DNA of 64,000 nt from contig JAZDNO010000026.1 of assembly GCA_043799545.1 (NCBI GenBank), positions 64,001 to 128,000 on the forward strand. The letters run 5' to 3'. Made by a program: the position numbers and the translations under genes. Positions 38,316-47,508 of this stretch are shown piece by piece. Origin of the DNA: Methanobacteriota archaeon. Its GTDB lineage: Archaea > Thermoplasmatota > Thermoplasmata > SG8-5 > DAIRED01. The notes beneath the pieces were generated by a model that saw nothing but the letters and a program-made list of their open reading frames with translations, was not told the origin of the DNA and did not search any database. The first letter of the stretch is position 1; each line of letters begins with the position of its first letter.

Positions 38316-39233
38316 TTATCGCTCCAGCTCTTCGTGATATTTATATTCTTTCAGTCCTGCCTTCAGAGTATAAGCTGGCGAAAATTTCAGCACTTTCCTG
38401 GCGCGGGAAATGTCGAAGCAGAAACGCTTGCCCGACGATGGCTTGGACCGGTCGAAGCGAATCTTCGCTCGAGGGAACATCTTGACCAAATCTTCGGCCA
38501 GGCGCTTGACGCTGGTCTCCTTCCCGGATCCGATGTTGACCACTCCCTCATACGTCGATGAGCCGGCTAGGACGACTGCCTCGGCAGCGTCCTTCACATA
38601 CAGGAAGTCGAAGGAATCCTTACCGTCGCCCCAGATGACGACCTCCTCGCATTTCTTCAGCTGCGCCATGAACCTCGGCAACACGAAATGCGGTTCCTGG
38701 CCGGGGCCGTAGACGGAGGAGAACCGCAGGATGATGACCTTCATTTTCGGGTCGCCGTTCCGCCTGCACAGCAGCTCCCCGACCATCTTGGTCACGCCGT
38801 ACTCGTTTCCCGGGTCCATGACGCTCTCGTCCGCCCCGAGCCTGGATTTTCCATTGCAAACCGAATAACTTGACGTGTAAACAAAGCGCTTCGCGCCGCA
38901 CATTCGCGCGCACTCCAGCAGGTTCCTCGTCCCGATGACGTTCACCCTCGCGCACCTCTCGAGCTCCTCCTCGGACTTGCCGTTCGGGACGTAGGCCGCT
39001 AGGTGATAGATTTGGCTGAACGTTTTCCCTTTCAAGAATTTTTTCAGCGCCGCAATATCAGAAATGTCCACCGCGTGGGCCTTCTGGCCAGCTACCGAGC
39101 CGCCACCGCGCGATATCCCGACGACCTTCTGACCGCGCTCTTTGAGTACTTCCATCAGCTCCCTTCCGATGAAGCCCGTGGCGCCCGTGACCAGAATCGT
39201 CTCCGGCTCCTTCTGGCCGCGCGGTTCCGCCAT
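38316..39233 (-). CDS. NAD-dependent epimerase/dehydratase
   Basis: GATGFIG, YGVTK. Confidence 0.9.
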   Translation of the reverse strand: MAEPRGQKEPETILVTGATGFIGRELMEVLKERGQKVVGISRGGGSVAGQKAHAVDISDIAALKKFLKGKTFSQIYHLAAYVPNGKSEEELERCARVNVIGTRNLLECARMCGAKRFVYTSSYSVCNGKSRLGADESVMDPGNEYGVTKMVGELLCRRNGDPKMKVIILRFSSVYGPGQEPHFVLPRFMAQLKKCEEVVIWGDGKDSFDFLYVKDAAEAVVLAGSSTYEGVVNIGSGKETSVKRLAEDLVKMFPRAKIRFDRSKPSSGKRFCFDISRARKVLKFSPAYTLKAGLKEYKYHEELER

Positions 39234-39270
39234 GCCGCCTAGCGCCTCCGCATCATGGGATTCCGGCCCG

Positions 39271-40791
39271 TCACTTCAGCAGTCCCCCGACGAACTTCAG
39301 CAGGGCTGGCTTGCGGATGGATTCCTTGTTGCCCAAAATCCTAATCTTCATGGCGCCGACGCAGTTGCCGACGAACGGGATGACCTCCGGCGGCGCGTTT
39401 CGAGAAGCCAGGAGCGACGTTATCGCGAACACGGCGTCTCCCGCCCCGACGCTGTCCACAATATCAGACGAGAACACGGGCACGAAGTGGAAGTCTCCGT
39501 CGTGGTAGTAGAGCGAGCCGGATTTTCCCAGCGTGACGTTGATGCGGTCGCATTTTGTGAGGTCGGACATCCGCGCCACGCACTCCTCGACTGGGCCGAA
39601 CTTGTCGCTCAGCGGCAGCCGCAGCTCGCGCTCGTCCATGCAGAGATAATCCGCTCCGACATACTTGGTCACGGGATTGTATCCGTAGTTGGCGCTGTTC
39701 GTCTGGGCGTTCGCGGCCACGAACCCGCCGAGCTCGCAGACCTGTTCCACGATGCTCGGGGTCATGAAGCCGTGGCCGAAATCCGCCGCAAGGGTCAGCG
39801 AGCATTTTTTGGCGAGCCGCCTGACATGAGACATGGCCTCGGATTCCTGCGCTGTGCTCAGGGGGGAATCGTCGAGCTTGGTCACCTCGAGCATCTTTTG
39901 GTTGTTGAACTGCTCGATGAAGCGCCTCTTGACTATCGACGGGGCCTCGGGACGCTCGATGACGTGAAGCTCCACGTTCTTTCCCAGGCCAGTGCTGACG
40001 AACTGCCTGACGTCCGTCTCCCAGCCCAGCGAAGTGACGAGGTGGACCTTCTTCACGAAGTTGGATACGTGGTTCGCCACCGCCAGCGCGCCGCCCGCGT
40101 ACCTCTCGGTCTTGAGCTCCCTCGCCGACACGATGGGAGCCTTGATGACCATGCCCATCGCCTTGCAGAAGGTGTAATCGTCGATGATTGCGTCTCCGAC
40201 CACGAGGACCTCGAGCTTTGCCAGGCCTTCGAGCTGTCGAGAGATTTCGCCCGCGCCGTGCAAGGGCCTGAAAGACCTGAGGTACTGGTTCGCCTCGTCC
40301 GAGAGGACCGAGTAGAATTGGTTTATCAGCCCCGTGGAGGAGAAAGTCACCTCCTCTGTGAAACGCATCTCCCCGCCGACGGATTTGACCGCCGCCTCTT
40401 CCTCGTATATTTTGCCAGTAACGTCGTCCTTGCGGTCCTTGTAGTCCTGGCCCTTGACGTAGAATCTGGGCTTGACCAGCTTTATCGTATTGGCGGCGTC
40501 CGGCCACTCGTTCAGCGCGACGTAGTCCACGAAGACCAGCGAGGCTATCGTCTCAGCGCGAAGCCGCTCGTTGTAGACCGGGCGGCCGGGCCCCTTGTTC
40601 ACGAAGCGGTCCGGGGTAACGGTCACGACCAGTATGTCGCCAAACTTCTTTGCAGCCTCGAAATGCTTTACATGCCCTGGGTGCAGGAGGTCGAAGCAGC
40701 CGTGGCACTGGACGACATTCTTCCCCTTCTTCCTCTCGCGCTCGAGGACCTTCGCGAGCGCGCCCAGACTCAATATCTTTTTCTCGTACAT
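39271..40791 (-). CDS. Bifunctional nucleotidyltransferase-PfkB sugar kinase (HldE/RfaE-like, transferase N-terminal)
   Basis: HGCFDLLHPGH, YVKGQDY; DSVGAGD at the C-terminus. Confidence 0.88.
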   Translation of the reverse strand: MYEKKILSLGALAKVLERERKKGKNVVQCHGCFDLLHPGHVKHFEAAKKFGDILVVTVTPDRFVNKGPGRPVYNERLRAETIASLVFVDYVALNEWPDAANTIKLVKPRFYVKGQDYKDRKDDVTGKIYEEEAAVKSVGGEMRFTEEVTFSSTGLINQFYSVLSDEANQYLRSFRPLHGAGEISRQLEGLAKLEVLVVGDAIIDDYTFCKAMGMVIKAPIVSARELKTERYAGGALAVANHVSNFVKKVHLVTSLGWETDVRQFVSTGLGKNVELHVIERPEAPSIVKRRFIEQFNNQKMLEVTKLDDSPLSTAQESEAMSHVRRLAKKCSLTLAADFGHGFMTPSIVEQVCELGGFVAANAQTNSANYGYNPVTKYVGADYLCMDERELRLPLSDKFGPVEECVARMSDLTKCDRINVTLGKSGSLYYHDGDFHFVPVFSSDIVDSVGAGDAVFAITSLLASRNAPPEVIPFVGNCVGAMKIRILGNKESIRKPALLKFVGGLLK

Positions 40792-40802
40792 CTCAAGCGC
40801 TC

Positions 40803-41804
40803 CTACCTTCCATCCTTTCCCAGGTACTTAAACCAGTCTTTCGTCGCCTCGGCTATGGCATCGGGAGTCCAGACCGGGGCGTTCTTCCAGTAATCGATGT
40901 TCTTGACCATCTCGGCGACGCCCTCTTCGAACGCGACCTTGGGCTTCCATTTCAACAGCTTCTTAATCTTCGCAATGTCGGCCTGGGTGCAGTCCGGTTC
41001 TCCAGGCCGCTTCGGGATGTGGACGACCGGCCCGCCAAGCAGTTCCACCAGGCGGTTGACGCTGTAGGTGTTGTCGCTGCCGACGTTCATTATCTCGCCG
41101 GATAAGTCCGACCTGACCGCGGTCCAGATGGCATCCACTATGTCCGTGACGTATGTGAAGTCGCGAGTCTGTTTCCCGTCGCCCACGACCGTGAACGGCT
41201 TGCCGTGGATTTTCTGCGAGAGGAAGACTCCGAAGACCGCGCCGTAAGTTCCGCTGGTGCGGGAGCGCGGACCGTAGACGTTGAAGAACCTCAGCGAGAC
41301 TATGGGCATCTTGTAAATCTTGTGCCAGTTCATGCAGTAGCATTCGCCGAGCCACTTCGTGGCCGCGTACGGATACATCGGGCGCATCTCTGCCGTTTCG
41401 GGCGTCGGGAATTTGTCCGGTAAGCCGTAGCAAGACGACGACGCCGCATAGACCAGCTTCTTGAGACCTTTGACCTTCCGCGCCGCCTCCAGCACGTTCA
41501 GGGTGCCATCGACGTTCGAGCGGTGGTAGCCAACGGGATTCACAATCGACGGAACGATGTCGGCCAGCGCCGCCAGGTGGACGATGTAGTCCGCTCCTTC
41601 GAAGACCTTCTCCAGCCCCGAATCGTATTCTGAGATGTCGAGCTGGTGGAAGTGCAGCAGCTCGTTCCCCCTCACATGGGCGAGGTTGTCCAGATGGCCC
41701 GTGGAGAGGTTGTCGACGACGTGAGTTTCGACGCCTTCCGCGAGGAGCCTGTCGACCATGTGGCTGCCTATGAAGCCCGCGCCGCCGGTCACGACCGCCT
41801 TCAT
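40803..41804 (-). CDS. NDP-sugar epimerase (GalE-like SDR)
   Basis: GGAGFIG, ASSSCYG, YAATK, RDFTYV. Confidence 0.92.
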   Translation of the reverse strand: MKAVVTGGAGFIGSHMVDRLLAEGVETHVVDNLSTGHLDNLAHVRGNELLHFHQLDISEYDSGLEKVFEGADYIVHLAALADIVPSIVNPVGYHRSNVDGTLNVLEAARKVKGLKKLVYAASSSCYGLPDKFPTPETAEMRPMYPYAATKWLGECYCMNWHKIYKMPIVSLRFFNVYGPRSRTSGTYGAVFGVFLSQKIHGKPFTVVGDGKQTRDFTYVTDIVDAIWTAVRSDLSGEIMNVGSDNTYSVNRLVELLGGPVVHIPKRPGEPDCTQADIAKIKKLLKWKPKVAFEEGVAEMVKNIDYWKNAPVWTPDAIAEATKDWFKYLGKDGR

Positions 41805-42908
41805 TTATTTCTTCCCCCCGTAGAAATCAAGGATGGCATCGGCGACGTATTCCCGTTGAGCGGCCGTAAGCTCCGGATAAACAGGAATCGAGAGTATGCG
41901 CTTTGCCTGGCGCTCGCAGACGGGGAACATGCCCTTTTTGAAGCCGTATCTGCGGGCGGCGGCCTGCATGTGGATGGGTATCGGGTAATGCACTTTGGAG
42001 CCCACGCCCCTTGAAGACAGGTGCGCCAAAAGCACGTCGCGCTGGTCCGCCTGGATGACGTAGGTGTGGTAGACGCATTTCATGCCGGGGCCGTCAACCG
42101 GCGCATCCACGGCATCCTTGAGCCGCTTGTGATAGTATTTTGCGTTGGCCCTGCGCCCGCGCTCCCACTCCGGGAGGTATTTCAGTTTGACCAGCAGCAG
42201 CGCGGCTTGCAGCTCGTCAAGACGCGAGTTCGTCCCCCAGATGTCCGACTCGTCGCGGTTCTTCAGACCGATGTTGCGCATCTGCCTCAGCGACTGGTAC
42301 CTTTCCTCGTCGTCCGTCGTGATGAAACCGGCGTCTCCGCATGCGCTGAGGTTCTTGAGCGGATGGAGGCTGAATGCCCCGCAATCTCCGAAGGAGCCGA
42401 CCTTCTTCCCGTTGAGCGAAGCGTTGATGGCCTGTGCGCAGTCCTCGACGACGGCGATGTCGTTCTCCCTGGCAACCTCCATTATCCTTTCCATCTGCGC
42501 GGGCCTGCCAGTGAGGTGGACGGGGATTATCGCCTTCGTTTTCTTCGTGATGGCCTTCACGACCTTTTCCGGGTCGATGTTCAAGTCGGCAGCTACGTCG
42601 GCGAATACCGGTTTCGCCCCGACCGCTACCGTGCACGAAGCGCTCGCCAGGAAAGAGTTCGGCGCCGTTATGACCTCGTCGCCGGGGCCCACTCCCAAAG
42701 CCTGGAGGGATAGGATGAGGGCGTCCGTGCCTGAGTTCACCCCGACGGCGTACTTCGAGCCGCAAAGCTTCGCGATGCGCCTCTCGAATTCTGAGACCTT
42801 ATCGCCGAGGATGAACTGGCCTGAGTCGAAAACCGCTCCTGCAGCGGCCAGAAGCTCGCGCTTCAGCGCCTTGTGCTGCTCTTTCAGGGCCACGTATGGG
42901 ACGTCCAT
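41805..42908 (-). CDS. DegT/DnrJ/EryC1/StrS PLP-dependent aminotransferase
   Basis: NSGTDAL, EDCAQA, SLHPLKNL, NSRLDELQA. Confidence 0.95.
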   Translation of the reverse strand: MDVPYVALKEQHKALKRELLAAAGAVFDSGQFILGDKVSEFERRIAKLCGSKYAVGVNSGTDALILSLQALGVGPGDEVITAPNSFLASASCTVAVGAKPVFADVAADLNIDPEKVVKAITKKTKAIIPVHLTGRPAQMERIMEVARENDIAVVEDCAQAINASLNGKKVGSFGDCGAFSLHPLKNLSACGDAGFITTDDEERYQSLRQMRNIGLKNRDESDIWGTNSRLDELQAALLLVKLKYLPEWERGRRANAKYYHKRLKDAVDAPVDGPGMKCVYHTYVIQADQRDVLLAHLSSRGVGSKVHYPIPIHMQAAARRYGFKKGMFPVCERQAKRILSIPVYPELTAAQREYVADAILDFYGGKK

Positions 42909-42991
42909 TCTACCCTCGCTCCGTAGCGCTGGTCGCCGATACGGCCTTGCCTTATTATATGTTTTCCTCGACACCCGGCAAATGGAACTTC

Positions 42992-44176
42992 TTAAGCCAG
43001 TTTCCTGTAAAACTCAAGGAGCCTTATCGCCTGGCTCGAGAGCGAGAGGCGGTTCCTGGCGCGCTCGACCGCCTCCTGAAGCCCCCTCATGTCTGCAGCC
43101 TTGAATCTTTCCGCCAGCGAAGGCAATTCCTCCGCGCCAGCGACTATGCCGGCACCATCCTCCGAGACCATCGTGGCGCTGTACTCCAACCGTTTCCCGA
43201 CAACGACTGGCAATCCGGCCTCGTAGTAGGTCGGTATCTTGTTTCCCGCCGCGGTCCTCAGCTTCTTGGATTGGCTCGGGAACTTGGCCGAGTCCAGGTC
43301 GAAATAGTACAGCCCCAGGTCGTACCTGGCCAGCTCCTTCACGAGCTCGGGATAGGGCAGGGTCTGGTGCATGTGAATCTTCCCACCGCCGACGCCTGGA
43401 GCGGCGTAAGCCGTCAAATCTTCGTGCGCCTGGCTGTACGGCGCCGGATAGATGTGAACGTGAATCTTCTGACCTGCGAGGACTTCGAACTCGGGAAGAA
43501 GCCAGCACGGCTTCCCCGACCCGTGGATTCCTCCGGCGTAGGCTATGTGCCATTCGCCATCCTTGTCACGCAGCTTAGCTCCCCCGACGGGCTGGAACAT
43601 CGACTCCTCGCATCCATCGGGGTAGGACAGCTCCGGACCGGCCAGATTGTACCCCTGCTGCCTGTAGAAATCCAGTTCCGCCTTCGGCCCCTTGTGGACG
43701 TAGCCTTGCGCGTGCTCGAAGCACCAGCGCTCGTCTTCGATCTCCTTCGGCCACCGGTGCCCCTTTCCGTAGGATTCCAAAATCAAATCGTACTGGTCGA
43801 AGACCGCCGGCGCCGCAGCGCACTCAATCGCCAGCTTGGACAGCGTTACCGGAGGCGTCATTGCATGCAGCACGTCGTATGGCTCCAAATTGCGCATCTT
43901 GCTGCCGAGCCAAACCTTTAGAAGATGCTTGGAAGGGAGGTCGGCACGCCCCCTTGACGCGAGGTCCAGCATGCGGTAAATGTAGAACGAATTGTTAAAC
44001 GCCCCACCGAGGCTTGCCGCCCTGCTGAAAGCCGGCGCGTGTATGGCCCGGTCGTAGCCCGCCGCCAGGAGATATGGCTCGCACTCGCCCGTCGCGAGCA
44101 ACCCCTTGGCCATCTTGTGGCACCTGAAATCGGGCCTGTCGCAGACGAAGAGCACCCTCTGCTTGTCGCCGGTCAC
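42992..44176 (-). CDS. Putative GT-B glycosyltransferase
   Basis: YAGG, GNKIPTYYEAGLPVV acceptor/nucleotide-site pattern; GTG start. Confidence 0.7.
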   Translation of the reverse strand: MTGDKQRVLFVCDRPDFRCHKMAKGLLATGECEPYLLAAGYDRAIHAPAFSRAASLGGAFNNSFYIYRMLDLASRGRADLPSKHLLKVWLGSKMRNLEPYDVLHAMTPPVTLSKLAIECAAAPAVFDQYDLILESYGKGHRWPKEIEDERWCFEHAQGYVHKGPKAELDFYRQQGYNLAGPELSYPDGCEESMFQPVGGAKLRDKDGEWHIAYAGGIHGSGKPCWLLPEFEVLAGQKIHVHIYPAPYSQAHEDLTAYAAPGVGGGKIHMHQTLPYPELVKELARYDLGLYYFDLDSAKFPSQSKKLRTAAGNKIPTYYEAGLPVVVGKRLEYSATMVSEDGAGIVAGAEELPSLAERFKAADMRGLQEAVERARNRLSLSSQAIRLLEFYRKLA

Positions 44177-44414
44177 GTTCGTTCATAGACGTCAATCAGA
44201 TATATAATTTCTGCTCTTCAATCAAATGACGCTTCGGTATGGCAGGCCTTTCGGGAGGCAAGCGAAAAGCCAGCGGGAGGGCGGCGGGCGGATGGACAAA
44301 TGGTGAGGGGCGGGCGCTGCCGTATGGGCTGGCATGTATGGAAGTGGCGGCGATGGCGTGCATAGGCTTGCGCAACCTTGATAACGCCGAAGGTCATCAT
44401 CGATTTGTGAACAC

Positions 44415-45857
44415 ATGAGCAGACGCACGAAGATTCTCTGCACAGTCGGGCCAGCGTCCGAATCCAGGCAGGTCCTCAGGAAGCTGATGAAGGCCGGCAT
44501 GGACGGCGTGCGCATCAACTTCAGCCACGGCACCCATGAGGAGCACGGTAATGTCATAGAGACAGTACGCCAGCTCGCCCGAGAGCAGCGCCGGCCAGTC
44601 GCAGTCGTCATAGACCTCCAGGGACCCAAGTCCCGCATCGGTAGCGTCGAGGAGGGCGGCGTATTCCTCAAGCCAGGCCACGGCGTGACCGTCACGACGA
44701 AGGAGATTGTCGGCAGCGCCAAGCTCGTTCCGACGCAGAATCAAGCCTTCCCGGATGAAGTCCGCGCGGGGGACGAGGTTCTCCTCTCAGACGGGCAGAT
44801 GAGCTTGAAGGTTCAGAAGGTCCACGGCAGCGAGGTGGACTGCATCGTGCTCAGGGGAGGGATTCTACAGAGCCACAAGGGGATGAACTACCGCACCCGG
44901 TCGTCGAAGCGAGGGCTGACAGACAAGGACTGGACCGACCTGAAGTTCGGCATAGACCACGAAACGGATTACGTCGCGATTTCGTTCGTGAGGTCAGCGA
45001 AGGACGTGACAGAGGTCCGCAAGTTCGCAGAGTCCAAGGGCTCGGATGCCCACCTCATCGCCAAGATAGAGAAGGCCGAGGCGGTCGAGAACATCGACGA
45101 GATTCTGGACGTCGCAGACGGCATCATGATTGCGCGCGGCGACCTCGGGGTGGAGATTCCGCTGGAGGAGATGCCACTCATTCAGAAAGACATCATCGCC
45201 AGGTGCACCCAGGCTTCCCGCACGGTCGTAACTGCGACGCAGATGCTAGAATCCATGACATGGAACCCGACGCCGACGAGGGCGGAGGTCCTCGACATCG
45301 CAAACGCCGTGCTGGACGGAACGGACGTGCTCATGCTCTCGGGAGAGACCGCCGTCGGCAAGTACCCTGTGGAGGTGGTGAAGATGATGTCAAGAGTCGC
45401 CATGCGGGCAGAGAAGAGTGCCCCCTGGGATTCGGCTCTCCACGAAGACCTCCGCGAGGATTTGCGAATCACGAACACGGTCGGCCACGCGGCGACGACC
45501 ATCGCCCACAACCTCGGCGCGAACCGCATCGTCGCATTCACGATGGGGGGATCGACCGCGCGGGTGATTTCCAAGTACCGCCCGGAGATGCCGATACTCG
45601 CGCTGTCGCCGAACCACAGGGCCGTACGCAGGATGGCCCTCTACCGCGGCGTGGAACCTAAGACCATAGAGAATTCCAAGAGCACTGACGACATGATCGC
45701 CTTGGTCGAGAGGACGGTTCACAAGGGCAAGATGCTGGAAAAGGGCGAATTGTGCGTCATCACCGCGGGCGTGCCCGTCTCGACCGAGGGGATGTCGAAC
45801 CTGATAAAGGTGCACAGGGTCGGCTCAGGGCGTTGGGAATTTCTATCGAATAGATGA
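44415..45857 (+). CDS. pyk: Pyruvate kinase
   Basis: TKILCTVGP, RINFSHG, DLQGPK, AKIE, MIARGDLG, MLSGET. Confidence 0.98.
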   Translation: MSRRTKILCTVGPASESRQVLRKLMKAGMDGVRINFSHGTHEEHGNVIETVRQLAREQRRPVAVVIDLQGPKSRIGSVEEGGVFLKPGHGVTVTTKEIVGSAKLVPTQNQAFPDEVRAGDEVLLSDGQMSLKVQKVHGSEVDCIVLRGGILQSHKGMNYRTRSSKRGLTDKDWTDLKFGIDHETDYVAISFVRSAKDVTEVRKFAESKGSDAHLIAKIEKAEAVENIDEILDVADGIMIARGDLGVEIPLEEMPLIQKDIIARCTQASRTVVTATQMLESMTWNPTPTRAEVLDIANAVLDGTDVLMLSGETAVGKYPVEVVKMMSRVAMRAEKSAPWDSALHEDLREDLRITNTVGHAATTIAHNLGANRIVAFTMGGSTARVISKYRPEMPILALSPNHRAVRRMALYRGVEPKTIENSKSTDDMIALVERTVHKGKMLEKGELCVITAGVPVSTEGMSNLIKVHRVGSGRWEFLSNR

Positions 45858-45939
45858 AGGCCGAGCGCGAGCGCGGCCGAAAGGCTAATAGGCATCCTCG
45901 CGCATTACGCTTCTTGTATTTCATAGGGATGGGATTGGG

Positions 45940-46263
45940 ATGAATTCGCAGCATCTTGAGCGCAGTTGCATGAACCACCACGGCGGCATATGCCGGATAG
46001 ACTTCCAGGCGTGCTCGCTGTGCGCCCAGTGGAGTTCGGCAGACACGGACATGGTAGACGAAGTCTATGCGTCTGTGACGAACAGGGACAACCGCAGGGC
46101 GCTGTCGGCGAAGGGCATCGCCGAGTACTACGACCTGCTGATGACCAACGAGAACATCGAGTCCGCATTCTCGACGCGGGAGTCCGAGAAAAGGCTCATG
46201 TCCGCAAGCCCGACCGTTCAGTCGAACATGACGCATTACAAGGACCCCGGCGCAAGCTCGTGA
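45940..46263 (+). CDS. Small hypothetical protein with Cys/His-rich N-terminus
   Basis: CMNHHGGIC...CSLC; coding-like GC3; 68-nt convergent overlap with dph6. Confidence 0.55.
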   Translation: MNSQHLERSCMNHHGGICRIDFQACSLCAQWSSADTDMVDEVYASVTNRDNRRALSAKGIAEYYDLLMTNENIESAFSTRESEKRLMSASPTVQSNMTHYKDPGASS

Positions 46264-46906
46264 CGTCGAGCCTGCCCGAGTGCCCGGTCCAATTCTGCGA
46301 CGACGATTCGATTTCAAGCCCATATTCGAAGTTCGGGCCGTTCAGCACGATTGTTTCGTACTCGCCGCCCTCCCCCGCCACGTTGAGCCGGTGCTTCTTG
46401 GCCAGCGCCTCCAGCCTCGGCAGAGAATCAAAATCCAGCTTCGCACCCAGCCACTCGCGCCCCAACCCCTCTGCCTGCACCGCAACGATTCGGATATCGA
46501 AACCCGCTTGAACCTCCTCCCGCAGGACGCGAAGCTGGTCTTTTCGCCAGAGGGGAGAGAAGCATCGCTTGCCGAGCTTCTCGCATATCCTGTTGATGCG
46601 CGACCACTGGTAATCGGAGGCTATGGCGCCGGTCAGGATTCCGGGCGCATCCGTCATGGCGATGGCATCCTCCAGAGGTTTCAGCTCCTCTTCGGGGTCT
46701 CCCGAGGATTCCACAACAATCGGATGCATACCCATCGCCTCGGCGATCTCCGATGCCAGCCGCGCGTTCGGGTGGTGGAACATGAACGATTCCGCGCTCG
46801 GCGGGACCATGATTATCGCCTCGTCGACCGTCCAGCCGTATTGCCGAGCCAGGTAGGCGGCGTAGACCGAATCTTTGCCGCCGGAGAGGAGGAGGGAGAG
46901 GCGCAT
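46196..46906 (-). CDS. dph6: Diphthine-ammonia ligase (PP-loop, Dph6 family)
   Basis: SGGKDS, GAIASDYQ, GEGGEYET. Confidence 0.92.
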   Translation of the reverse strand: MRLSLLLSGGKDSVYAAYLARQYGWTVDEAIIMVPPSAESFMFHHPNARLASEIAEAMGMHPIVVESSGDPEEELKPLEDAIAMTDAPGILTGAIASDYQWSRINRICEKLGKRCFSPLWRKDQLRVLREEVQAGFDIRIVAVQAEGLGREWLGAKLDFDSLPRLEALAKKHRLNVAGEGGEYETIVLNGPNFEYGLEIESSSQNWTGHSGRLDVTSLRRGPCNASCSTERSGLRT

Positions 46907-46954
46907 GACTCCCATTATGCTGGTTCTGAAGATAACGGTTTCTATTCGCCGGGT

Positions 46955-47170
46955 TTGAATAATCGTACCAGAAGTTATAAGTACAGCAGGCATGCGCGTT
47001 TACGCATGGTAGAGCGGGGCATTTCCGAAAGGGAAGTATCTGACGCCGTGCGCAAGGGGCGAAAGGTGACGAGGGATGGGGAAATCCGTTCTATCCTCCG
47101 CCACTTGGAGGTCGTCCTGAGAAAGGTCGGCGACGATTGGTACGTGATAACCGTCATGTTGAGGTGGTGA
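46955..47170 (+). CDS. DUF4258 (RelE/BrnT-fold) toxin
   Basis: SRHARLRMVERGISEREV; probable TTG start at 46955, buried at the end of ORF-track ORF 46280-47170. Confidence 0.8.
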   Translation: MNNRTRSYKYSRHARLRMVERGISEREVSDAVRKGRKVTRDGEIRSILRHLEVVLRKVGDDWYVITVMLRW

Positions 47171-47171
47171 A

Positions 47172-47504
47172 ATGAGCAAATGTCCGGTATGCGGCAAAGG
47201 GAGCCTGAAGAAGGCGCAGGTAGAGGAATCGATGTTCGGAGTGCCCCTGGGCAGATACCAAGGCGAGGTTTGCGATTGCTGCGGCGAATCGTTCCTTGAT
47301 GAAACCGCAATGAGGAAAATCGAGGCGCGGGCGAAGGAGTTGGGCATCTGGGGGCTGTCGAAAAACCTGAAGCTAATCAAGACTGGCAATTCTCTGAGCG
47401 TGCGAATACCGGCCAAGATAGCGCGGTTCCTGGAACTGAGCGAAGGAAAAGATGTCGTCCTCTATCCCGATGGCAAGAAAAGAATAGTGGTCGAGGTCAC
47501 GTGA
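47172..47504 (+). CDS. Antitoxin: YgiT/MqsA-type zinc finger plus AbrB/MazE domain
   Basis: CPVCG...CDCCGE; KTGNSLSVRIP. Confidence 0.85.
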   Translation: MSKCPVCGKGSLKKAQVEESMFGVPLGRYQGEVCDCCGESFLDETAMRKIEARAKELGIWGLSKNLKLIKTGNSLSVRIPAKIARFLELSEGKDVVLYPDGKKRIVVEVT

Positions 47505-47508
47505 AAAA

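Noticed and set aside
39142-40893. 583-aa plus-strand ORF and many similar long antisense ORFs (e.g. 178-981, 8477-9391, 19071-20042, 37306-38337)
   Set aside because: Shadow frames opposite well-supported genes, expected at high GC3; no motifs.
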